Source: Promethearchaeia archaeon (lineage in GTDB: Archaea > Asgardarchaeota > Lokiarchaeia > Sigyniarchaeales > SOKP01). From it: a stretch of DNA of 20,564 nt. Below the pieces are notes generated by a model. The model saw only the letters and a list, made by a program, of their open reading frames with translations. It had not been told where the DNA came from and made no database searches. Shown here piece by piece: positions 1 through 8,148 of the stretch. A program made the translations under genes and the position numbers. The DNA is taken from the NCBI GenBank assembly GCA_029856155.1, contig JAHQWL010000078.1, positions 1-20,564 on the forward strand, read 5' to 3'. Positions within the stretch are counted from its first letter, which is position 1. Every line of letters starts with the position of its first letter.

Positions 1-2
1 CA

Positions 3-872
3 ATAAGGAATAAAGATAGTAATCATGATTTCATAAATCATGTTATTGATAAAATTAAAATCTATTATGGAGATTTAAGGGATATTAATAATTGCTTGAA
101 AGCAACAGCTAAACAGAATGTCGTTTTTAATCTTGCAGCAAAAGTTGGTGGACTTGAATATAATATTAAACATCCCGGTTCTATTTTCAGAGATAATTTA
201 CTTGTATTTATGAGTATCCTTGAGGCAAGTCGTATTAATAAAGTTGATCGCTTTATAACTGTAAGTTCTGCTTGTGTATATCCTCGTTTTTGTACAATTC
301 CTACTCCAGAAGAGGATGGATTCAAAGATGAACCAGAACCTACTAATCAAGGGTATGGTTGGGCAAAACGAATGGAGGAATTTTTATCTATGTGGTATAG
401 AACTGAATTTGAAATGAAAATAGCAATCGGTCGACCCTATAATGCATATGGCCCAAGAGATAATTTCAATCCAGAATCATCTCATGTAATTCCTGCTTTA
501 ATCAAGAAAGTTCTTGAAGCGGATGATTCGATAAATGTTTGGGGGTCTGGGGAACAAACTCGTTCATTTATATATGCTGCGGATTTTGCAAAAGGTCTTC
601 TAAGGTTAGCAGAAGTAATGCCTAAAGAAACAATAAACATAGGTGCAGATGAAGAGATCAAAATTAAAGAAGTAGTATTCTTAATAAGAGAATTAACCAA
701 TAGTAATATTAAGGTTAAATTTGATACAAGTAAACCTGAGGGCCAGCCTAGAAGAAAATGTGATACTAAGAAAGCACAAAGTATTTTAGGCTTTAAGGCT
801 CAAGTACCATTTAGAGAGGGTCTCAAAGAAACTATAGACTGGTATCTTGAAAGCCATCATCTTAAAGAATAA
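3..872 (+). CDS. 5'-truncated NAD-dependent epimerase/dehydratase (SDR), GDP-mannose 3,5-epimerase / GDP-L-fucose synthase-like
   Basis: Frame is open from the window edge (IRNKDSNH...YGDLRD), so the TTG at 96 is not the true start. Motifs FNLAAKVGG, SSACVYP, YGWAK (YxxxK), YGPRDNF, SHVIPALI, VWGSGEQTRSF and FDTSKPEGQPRR are typical of the GME/Fcl group. Directly upstream of gmd. Confidence 0.85.
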   Translation: MRNKDSNHDFINHVIDKIKIYYGDLRDINNCLKATAKQNVVFNLAAKVGGLEYNIKHPGSIFRDNLLVFMSILEASRINKVDRFITVSSACVYPRFCTIPTPEEDGFKDEPEPTNQGYGWAKRMEEFLSMWYRTEFEMKIAIGRPYNAYGPRDNFNPESSHVIPALIKKVLEADDSINVWGSGEQTRSFIYAADFAKGLLRLAEVMPKETINIGADEEIKIKEVVFLIRELTNSNIKVKFDTSKPEGQPRRKCDTKKAQSILGFKAQVPFREGLKETIDWYLESHHLKE

Positions 873-935
873 ATAATTGTAATAAATAAATAATTTTAAT
901 CAATAATTAAAAAAATTAAACATTCGGGAAAATAT

Positions 936-1982
936 ATGACTAAAACAGCCTTAATTACCGGAATAACTGGTCAAGATGGATCATATTTAGCGGAATTTTT
1001 AATTGAGAAGGGTTACAAAGTATATGGAATTGTGAGGCGTTCAAGTGTTTTAAATAGACAGAGAATTGAAGATTTGTATTATAAGAAATATAACTATAAT
1101 ATGGATAATATTGAAATTTTCTATGGAGATTTAGGAGATTCAAGTTCTTTAAATAGAATATTAAAAAAAACTGAACCAAATGAGGTATATAATTTAGCCG
1201 CACAGAGTCATGTAGGAATAAGTTTTATGATACCAGAATATACATGTGATGTAACTGGATTGGGTGTTGTTAGAATGTTAGATGGTCTTAAAGATTTAGG
1301 TTTTATAACAAGATTCTACCAAGCATCAAGTTCAGAAATGTTTGGAAATGCATTAGTTGAAAAACAAAATGAACAAACTCCGTTCTTACCCAGTAGTCCA
1401 TATGCATGTGCTAAAGTGTTTGCTTATCATATAACAAGGATTTACCGTGAGGCTTATAATATGTTTGCATCAAATGGTATTTTATTTAATCATGAATCAC
1501 CACGGAGAGGAGAAAATTTCGTAACGCGTAAGATTACATTCTCCCTATCAAGGATTAAAGTTGGTCTCCAAGAGAAACTTTATTTGGGAAATTTAGATTC
1601 TAAACGTGATTGGGGATATGCAAAAGATTTTGTTAAAGCGATGTGGTTAATCCTTCAACATGATAAACCCGATGATTTTGTAATAGCAACCGGCGAGACT
1701 CATACTGTTCGAGAATTTGTAGAAAAGTCTGCAAAACTTTTAGATTTTGATATAGAATGGCAAGGAGAAGGTTTGAATGAAAAAGGTACTGATTTAAATA
1801 CTGGAAAAACAATCATAGAGATAAATCCTCGATTTTATAGACCTTTAGATGTGGAATTTTTACTAGGTGATTCTTCAAAAGCAAGAAAGCTATTAAAGTG
1901 GAAACCTGAGGTTAATTTTGAAAAACTGATTGAAATTATGGTAAATGCAGATATGAAACTTGCCAAATTGTTAAAGGATTGA
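936..1982 (+). CDS. gmd: GDP-mannose 4,6-dehydratase
   Basis: ALITGITGQDGSYLAE, YNLAAQSHV, FYQASSSEMFG, SPYACAK, GILFNHESPRRGENFVTRKI, LGNLDSKRDWGYA. Confidence 0.96.
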   Translation: MTKTALITGITGQDGSYLAEFLIEKGYKVYGIVRRSSVLNRQRIEDLYYKKYNYNMDNIEIFYGDLGDSSSLNRILKKTEPNEVYNLAAQSHVGISFMIPEYTCDVTGLGVVRMLDGLKDLGFITRFYQASSSEMFGNALVEKQNEQTPFLPSSPYACAKVFAYHITRIYREAYNMFASNGILFNHESPRRGENFVTRKITFSLSRIKVGLQEKLYLGNLDSKRDWGYAKDFVKAMWLILQHDKPDDFVIATGETHTVREFVEKSAKLLDFDIEWQGEGLNEKGTDLNTGKTIIEINPRFYRPLDVEFLLGDSSKARKLLKWKPEVNFEKLIEIMVNADMKLAKLLKD

Positions 1983-2032
1983 AAAAAACCATCAATAAGA
2001 ATTGCTAGAAAATATATTTAAATAGATTAAAA

Positions 2033-3001
2033 ATGAAATTTCCAGATTTTTCTTATATTTTTCGTAAGTATTTAAAAAAAATTAAACTTTTTATTTTAAA
2101 ACCTTCCCAAAAGCTCTTAGCTGAGAGTAAATTAGAACAGAAGGAAAAATTTAATAAATTAAAAACAAAACTTACGGATCTTTATTTGAAAGTGAAAATT
2201 GGTGACATTGATCATTTTTTAACTCCTTTTTGGAAACAAAAAGAAGAGCAACTTGAGAAAGAAATGATATATGACACTCCATTTTCGTTTTTAAGAAATT
2301 CTGATATCTGTTATACTATGTTTGTTTCAGCAGGGGGGAAATGGCTAAAGAGTGAATTAAAATACCTTGAAAAGAATATTTCACAAGTAATGTTAAAAAA
2401 ATTATTAATAGAAGACTATATTGGAGAACCTCTTCTAATGAATTCCAAATACCTTACTTCTCATAATTCTATACACCATTTATATCACTTTGTGAAGTTT
2501 TTAAATATAACAGGAACCAAATTGGATGAAATTGATACGATTATTGAATGGGGGGGCGGTTACGGAAATATGGCAAAGATATTGAGTAGATTTACCTATA
2601 ATAATAATACTTATATTATTATTGACATTCCCTTGATGAGTTGCATTCAATGGATATACTTAACAGCTATTTTGGGACCAGAAAATGTCAATTTAATTCA
2701 AAATTCAGATGAGAAAATAATAAATGGTAAAATCAACTTATTACCGATTAGCTTTTTAGAAAGATATACGATAAATGGAGATTTATTCATTTCTACATGG
2801 GCTATTACAGAGAGCTCTAAGTATTCTCAAGATTATGTATTAAAATTAAATTGGTTTAATTGTAATCATATTCTTTTAAGTTATTGTTCTAAATCGAAAA
2901 TTAAATTCCCCACCAATTTAATCCAAAATGTTGAAAATGATAAAAACTTTATAATTGAAAATATAGAATTTTTACCGAATAATAAATACGCATTTCAATA
3001 A
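2033..3001 (+). CDS. Putative sugar O-methyltransferase (SAM-dependent)
   Basis: SAM motif I-like IIEWGGGYGNMA followed by YIIIDIP and DLFISTWAITES, resembling the putative sugar O-methyltransferases of glycan loci. Context is a nucleotide-sugar cluster. Confidence 0.7.
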   Translation: MKFPDFSYIFRKYLKKIKLFILKPSQKLLAESKLEQKEKFNKLKTKLTDLYLKVKIGDIDHFLTPFWKQKEEQLEKEMIYDTPFSFLRNSDICYTMFVSAGGKWLKSELKYLEKNISQVMLKKLLIEDYIGEPLLMNSKYLTSHNSIHHLYHFVKFLNITGTKLDEIDTIIEWGGGYGNMAKILSRFTYNNNTYIIIDIPLMSCIQWIYLTAILGPENVNLIQNSDEKIINGKINLLPISFLERYTINGDLFISTWAITESSKYSQDYVLKLNWFNCNHILLSYCSKSKIKFPTNLIQNVENDKNFIIENIEFLPNNKYAFQ

Positions 3002-3271
3002 TTTATTTAAATTTATAAAAGTAAATAATCTTTCGAAAAATTAAATAAATTATTTAAAAAAAGTATAATTTAACTAAGATTTAGCATCAATTTATTCGTT
3101 TTTTAAACTTTAAAAAATAAAGAATATAAAATATTAAAAATATGGTATCGAAAAACCTTATGTTTATTTATTAAAAAGTGATTTGAAGAATTAAGATTTA
3201 AAAAATTTGTAATTTATTGGAAGTTAAAAACTTAAAAATTTAGTATTAACAAAAATAGAGTTTACAAAAAC

Positions 3272-4042
3272 ATGAAAGTAATAATTCTAGCTGGAGGTTG
3301 GGGCACTAGATTAGGACAGCTGACTGAATTAATCCCAAAACCTATGGTAAAGATCGGTAATAGACCAATTTTATGGCATATTATGAAAATTTATTCATAT
3401 TATGGTTTTAATGATTTTATTATATGTTTAGGGGTAAAAGGGGAAACTATTAAAGACTATTTTTATCACTTTGAAATAAAAAATAATGACTTTACAATCG
3501 ATCTCTCAAATGGAAATATTCAATTTTATAAAAATAATAACGAGAACTGGAAAGTTAGTTTAATTGATACAGGGTTAAATACACAAAAAGGTGGAAGAAT
3601 AAAAAGAATAGAAAAATATCTTGATACTGATATTAATTTACTTACTTATGGAGATGGTGTTGCTGATATCAATCTCCCGAAGCTTATCGAATTCCATAAA
3701 TCACATGGTAAAATAATTACTCTTACTGGCGTCCGTCCGCCATCGCGTTTTGGAGAATTAAATCAAAAAGATGGTAAAGTTTTAAAATTTCAGGAAAAAC
3801 CTCAAACCTCCATCGGTTTGATAAACGGAGGATTTATGGTTTTTAATAAAAAATTAATGGATTATCTCACACCATATGAGAATTGTGATTTTGAACATGG
3901 ACCACTTGAACTACTTACTAATAAAGGAGAAGTTATGGTTTATAAACATGAGGGGAGTTGGGCGTGTATGGACCATGAGAGAGATGTTGATTATCTTAAT
4001 GAATTATGGATTGAAAATAAAGCATTTTGGAAGGTTTGGTAA
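3272..4042 (+). CDS. rfbF: Glucose-1-phosphate cytidylyltransferase
   Basis: MKVIILAGGWGTRL, PKPMVKIG, PILWHIMKIYS, DTGLNT, GGRIKR, LTYGDGVAD, INGGFMV, C-terminal WKVW. Confidence 0.95.
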   Translation: MKVIILAGGWGTRLGQLTELIPKPMVKIGNRPILWHIMKIYSYYGFNDFIICLGVKGETIKDYFYHFEIKNNDFTIDLSNGNIQFYKNNNENWKVSLIDTGLNTQKGGRIKRIEKYLDTDINLLTYGDGVADINLPKLIEFHKSHGKIITLTGVRPPSRFGELNQKDGKVLKFQEKPQTSIGLINGGFMVFNKKLMDYLTPYENCDFEHGPLELLTNKGEVMVYKHEGSWACMDHERDVDYLNELWIENKAFWKVW

Positions 4043-5118
4043 TGATAAAGTTATTTAAAGATTTTTTTAAAGATAAGAAAATTTTAATAACTGGTCATAC
4101 TGGATTTATTGGTTCTTGGCTCGCTATTTTACTCAATGAATTAGACTCAAAATTAATTGGATATGCTTTACCCCCTTTAACTCAAGCAGATAATTTTGTT
4201 GTATCTAAACTTGAAGAAAAATTAGTAAGTATTATAGGAGATGTAAGAGATTTTGACAAATTAAATTCAATTGTAAAAAAACATCAACCTGATATTATAT
4301 TTCATTTAGCAGCTCAACCGATAGTTACAAATTCCTATTTAAAACCGAAAGAAACGTATGATATCAATGTTGGGGGCACAATTAATATTTTTGAAGCTTT
4401 TAGGAAAAATAATTATTGTAAATTAATGATGAATTGTACAACAGATAAAGTGTATGCAAATCTAGAATTAAAGAGAGGTTATAAGGAAGATGATCGTTTA
4501 GGGGGGTTCGATCCATATAGTTCAAGCAAAGCTTGCTCTGAAATAGTTACATCTTCCTATGGAGATGCTTTTTTTAATCCGAAAAAATCTACAACCAATA
4601 AATTTGTGTCTTCAGTAAGATGTGGTAATGTAATTGGTGGTGGAGATTGGCAAGAACATCGAATTATCCCCGATTGTATGAGAGCAATAAAAGAAAATCA
4701 AGAAATCATTATTCGTAATCCAACATATGTAAGACCATGGCAGTATGTTTTGGAACCCATTCGAGGATTTTTAAACCTTGCTATAAAAATGTGGGAACAA
4801 GGTGAAAAATTCATCGGTGCTTGGAACTTTGGTCCACATGATAAAAGCATTTTTTCAGTTAAGGAAATTGTGGAAAAAGTTATAATATGTTATGGTAAAG
4901 GATCTTATTCTGTTGAAACTCCACCTGATATCAAGAAATTCCATGAAACTAAAACATTATTACTTGATAGTTCGAAAGCATATAAATTCTTAGGGTGGAA
5001 GCCAGAAATTAGTGTTGATAAATCTATACAATTTATTTGTGATTGGTACAAAGAAGAAGATGTTAATTATGATTTTAATGTGAAATTAATTAATGATTAC
5101 TTTAAATTAATTAAATAA
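4042..5118 (+). CDS. rfbG: CDP-glucose 4,6-dehydratase
   Basis: TGHTGFIGSWL, FHLAAQPIV, TTDKVY, LGGFDPYSSSKA, RCGNVIGGGDW, RPWQYVLEP, AWNFGP. ATG at 4042 overlaps the rfbF stop (TAATG) and is preferred over the TTG at 4027. Confidence 0.94.
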   Translation: MIKLFKDFFKDKKILITGHTGFIGSWLAILLNELDSKLIGYALPPLTQADNFVVSKLEEKLVSIIGDVRDFDKLNSIVKKHQPDIIFHLAAQPIVTNSYLKPKETYDINVGGTINIFEAFRKNNYCKLMMNCTTDKVYANLELKRGYKEDDRLGGFDPYSSSKACSEIVTSSYGDAFFNPKKSTTNKFVSSVRCGNVIGGGDWQEHRIIPDCMRAIKENQEIIIRNPTYVRPWQYVLEPIRGFLNLAIKMWEQGEKFIGAWNFGPHDKSIFSVKEIVEKVIICYGKGSYSVETPPDIKKFHETKTLLLDSSKAYKFLGWKPEISVDKSIQFICDWYKEEDVNYDFNVKLINDYFKLIK

Positions 5119-5129
5119 ATTTTGTAAAA

Positions 5130-5681
5130 ATGAAATTTATTGAATCTAAAATACAAAATGTCTATATTGTAGAGCCTGAACCCTTTATTGATAATAGGGG
5201 CATGTTTGCTAGGGTATTTGACAAAAATGAATTTAAAGAGATTGGGCACTCTAAAGAAATTGTGAATATTAATCATTCAACTACAAAAAAGAAAGGTTCT
5301 ATAAGAGGAATGCACTTCCAGTATCCGCCTAAAGCAGAAATAAAAATAATTAAATGTATTAAGGGAGCAATTTATGATGTTGTAATAGATATTAGAAAAG
5401 GTTCTCCTACATTTTTACAATATCATTGTGAGACATTATCAGCTAATAATATGAAAATGCTATATGTACCAGAAGGATTTGCACATGGTTTCCAAGCTCT
5501 GAATGATAATGTTGAGATGATTTATTATACAACTGAAGTTTATTGTGCAGAAAAGGAAGGTGGAATTAGATATGATGATCCTATTATTGGAATTAAATGG
5601 CCTCTGGAAGTTACAGATATATCCAAAAAAGATAGAGAATTAAAGCTTTTAAAAAATGATTTTAAAGGGATTGATGTATAA
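5130..5681 (+). CDS. rfbC: RmlC/RfbC-family NDP-4-keto-6-deoxyhexose epimerase (cupin)
   Basis: DNRGMFAR, RGMHFQ, DVVIDIRKGSPTF, LYVPEGFAHGFQAL, GIRYDDP, IKWP. Context suggests a CDP-linked rather than dTDP-linked substrate. Confidence 0.9.
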   Translation: MKFIESKIQNVYIVEPEPFIDNRGMFARVFDKNEFKEIGHSKEIVNINHSTTKKKGSIRGMHFQYPPKAEIKIIKCIKGAIYDVVIDIRKGSPTFLQYHCETLSANNMKMLYVPEGFAHGFQALNDNVEMIYYTTEVYCAEKEGGIRYDDPIIGIKWPLEVTDISKKDRELKLLKNDFKGIDV

Positions 5682-5684
5682 ATA

Positions 5685-6557
5685 ATGAAGATTCTTGTTA
5701 CTGGTGCGACTGGTTTCATTGGAAATCATATTATTGAGCATTTATTAGAATTAAATGAACATGAAATAATAGCTAGTGCGCTAGAACAGGGAAATAATAA
5801 AAAATTGCCTTGGTATAAAGATGTAACATTTATTCCTTGCGATTTATATGAAAAAAAGGAAAACTTTTTTACATTTTTTCAAAATCCTGATTTATTAATT
5901 CATTTAGCTTGGGAAGGACTTCCAAATTTTAAAGAATTATATCATTTTGAACGAAATTTATTTAATGACTATCAATTTTTAAAAAATATGATTTCAAATG
6001 GTTTACAGCGTTTAAGTGTGACGGGGACATGTTTTGAATATGGAAATAAAAAAGGGAGATTATCTGAAGATATGGAACCAAATCCAACTATAGCATATGC
6101 ATTAGCCAAAGATACACTTAGGAAGTTTATTCAAGAATTAGCAAAAATTTATCATTTTAAGTTTCACTGGATAAGACTTTTTTATATGTATGGAAAAGGC
6201 CAATCTCCTAAATCAATAATCCCCCAATTAGATAAAGCTCTGGATAATAATGAAGAAAGCTTTAATATGTCTGGTGGGGAACAATTAAGGGACTATCTAC
6301 CTGTTGAAAAAGTTGCTGAGTATATCATACGGATTTCATTACAAGATAAAATAACTGGTATAATTAACTGTTGTAGTGGAAAACCAATATCTATTAAGAA
6401 ACTCGTAGAAGAACATATGGAAAGGAGGAAAAAATCAATTAACTTAAATTTAGGTTATTATCCTTACCCTGATTATGTACCAATGGAATTTTGGGGTGAT
6501 CCTACTAAATTGGAATCTGTTTTATCTATGTATAACAACAAGAAGAAATTCAATTAA
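5685..6557 (+). CDS. SDR NDP-4-keto-6-deoxyhexose 4-reductase (resembles proteins annotated as dTDP-6-deoxy-L-talose 4-dehydrogenase)
   Basis: VTGATGFIG, IHLAWEGLPN, GTCFEYG, YALAK, RLFYMYGKGQ, MSGGEQLRDY, LGYYPYPDY. Follows rfbFG and the epimerase. Confidence 0.8.
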   Translation: MKILVTGATGFIGNHIIEHLLELNEHEIIASALEQGNNKKLPWYKDVTFIPCDLYEKKENFFTFFQNPDLLIHLAWEGLPNFKELYHFERNLFNDYQFLKNMISNGLQRLSVTGTCFEYGNKKGRLSEDMEPNPTIAYALAKDTLRKFIQELAKIYHFKFHWIRLFYMYGKGQSPKSIIPQLDKALDNNEESFNMSGGEQLRDYLPVEKVAEYIIRISLQDKITGIINCCSGKPISIKKLVEEHMERRKKSINLNLGYYPYPDYVPMEFWGDPTKLESVLSMYNNKKKFN

Positions 6558-6580
6558 AGGACTTTTTATTGAGCATAGAC

Positions 6581-6588
6581 TTTTTTTT
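6581..6588 (+). terminator. Possible archaeal oligo-T terminator after the CDP-sugar block
   Basis: T8 run 24 nt after the stop at 6557. Weak evidence in an AT-rich genome. Confidence 0.3.
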
Positions 6589-6610
6589 GATCCAATTCAT
6601 TATCTTTTTG

Positions 6611-6650
6611 AATTAAAAATAATTAAATATAATTAATTATAATTAAGTTT
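6611..6650. promoter_or_regulatory. Four AATTAA units at 10-bp spacing; candidate operator/promoter of the RHH gene
   Basis: AATTAAAAAT-AATTAAATAT-AATTAATTAT-AATTAAGTTT. Contains perfect 14-bp palindromes at 6628-6641 and 6633-6646 and ends 13 nt before the ATG. Confidence 0.4.
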
Positions 6651-6663
6651 AAAGTTTCAAAAT

Positions 6664-6903
6664 ATGAATGAAGAAGATCATAAAGTTCAATATACGACTG
6701 TTTCGATACCAAAACCTCTAGTTGAAAAGATAAAAGAGCGTATGAAGGGTACTGGATTTTCTTCTGTATCTAGTTATGTTACTTACGTCTTAAGACAAGT
6801 TTTATCCTCAATTGAATCAGAAGAACGATCTAAACAAGCTTTTACAAAAGAAGAAGAAGAAAAAGTAAAACAGCGTTTAAGAGATTTGGGATATATAGAT
6901 TAA
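6664..6903 (+). CDS. CopG/ribbon-helix-helix protein with C-terminal acidic 'RLxxLGY' tail
   Basis: Beta-ribbon YTTVSIP, helix KPLVEKIKERM, GFSSVSSYVTYVLRQVL (RHH pattern), tail FTKEEEEKVKQRLRDLGYID. Confidence 0.85.
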   Translation: MNEEDHKVQYTTVSIPKPLVEKIKERMKGTGFSSVSSYVTYVLRQVLSSIESEERSKQAFTKEEEEKVKQRLRDLGYID

Positions 6904-6955
6904 GAAATTCAATTATATTCAATTAAAATATTAACAATATACAGAGGAATATAAG

Positions 6956-8104
6956 ATGATACAACCACATGGTGGTAGTTTAATTAATAAAGATTTACCA
7001 AAAGTAGAAAAAGATAGAATTTTAAGGGAAATTGATGAATTTGAAACAATTCGAGTCAATCCTCAAATAATAAAAGTAATCAAGAACATCGCATTTGGAG
7101 TCTTTAGCCCATTAGAAGGATTTATGAATGAAAACAATTATAGATATGTTCTTGAACACATGTACTTAGAAAATAATGTTGCATGGCCTTTTCCAATTGT
7201 ACTAGATGTTCCTGAAAGAAAGGCAAATTCTTTTAATGTTGATGATAGGATTATATTAGTAGATTCAACAGGGAACCCCATTGCACTCATGGACATAGAA
7301 GATATATATGGTTATGATAAGAAGGAATTCGCAAAAAAGGTATACGGTACACTTGATCGAGATCATCCTGGTGTTGATTCCGTTTTTAAGATGGAAGAAA
7401 AGCTAATTGGTGGAGAAATATTTTTAATTAATGAACCTACATCTGTATTTCCAGAATTGGATCTCAAACCTATAGAAACTAGGGTGTTATTTAAACAAAA
7501 GAAATGGGATAGAGTAGTTGCTTTTCAAACGAGAAATCCACCCCATCTGGGCCATGAATACGTACAAAAAGCGGGTTTAACTTATGTTGATGGTCTTTTT
7601 ATTAATCCCGTAATTGGTAAGAAAAAAGTTGGCGATTTCTTAGATGAAGTAATCATAAAATCCTATCAAGTATTGATTGATGAATATTATCCTAAAGACA
7701 GAGTTGTCTTAAGTACTTTTGAAACTGAGATGAGGTATGCTGGTCCAAAAGAAGCTATTTTTCATGCTATTGCTAGAAAGAATTTTGGATGTGATCATAT
7801 TATTATTGGTCGAGATCATGCTGGGGTTGGAAACTACTATGGTCCATATGATGCCCATAAAATTTTTGACCACTTTCCTGATTTAGGAATTGAACCAATT
7901 AAATTTAGATCATTCTCAAAATGCAGCAAGTGTAATGCTGTAGTCAATGATAAAATTTGTCCTCATCCCCCAGAAATGCATAATTACTTTTCTGGAACAG
8001 AAATACGGACAGCACTACAATCAGGAAAACCTCCAGATCCAGAAGTTATGCGCCCTGAAGTCGCTAAAGTCATTTTAGAATATGAAAATCCGTTTGTATG
8101 TTAA
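6956..8104 (+). CDS. sat: Sulfate adenylyltransferase (ATP sulfurylase)
   Basis: IQPHGG, FSPLEGFM, HPGV, AFQTRNPPHLGHEY, MRYAGPKEAIFHAIARKNFGCDHIIIGRDHAGVG, CxxC...CPH zinc site, MRPEV. GAGGA SD-like motif upstream. Confidence 0.97.
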   Translation: MIQPHGGSLINKDLPKVEKDRILREIDEFETIRVNPQIIKVIKNIAFGVFSPLEGFMNENNYRYVLEHMYLENNVAWPFPIVLDVPERKANSFNVDDRIILVDSTGNPIALMDIEDIYGYDKKEFAKKVYGTLDRDHPGVDSVFKMEEKLIGGEIFLINEPTSVFPELDLKPIETRVLFKQKKWDRVVAFQTRNPPHLGHEYVQKAGLTYVDGLFINPVIGKKKVGDFLDEVIIKSYQVLIDEYYPKDRVVLSTFETEMRYAGPKEAIFHAIARKNFGCDHIIIGRDHAGVGNYYGPYDAHKIFDHFPDLGIEPIKFRSFSKCSKCNAVVNDKICPHPPEMHNYFSGTEIRTALQSGKPPDPEVMRPEVAKVILEYENPFVC

Positions 8105-8148
8105 ATAAAATTTCAATTTTTACATAAAAAATTAAGATATAGTGTATA

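Noticed and set aside
65-1203. Short antisense ORFs 65-325, 482-700 and 955-1203
   Set aside because: They lie opposite well-supported SDR/gmd genes and have no recognisable motifs; shadow ORFs.
3876-4058. 60-aa alternative-frame ORF inside rfbF
   Set aside because: It overlaps a conserved gene almost entirely and has no motif.
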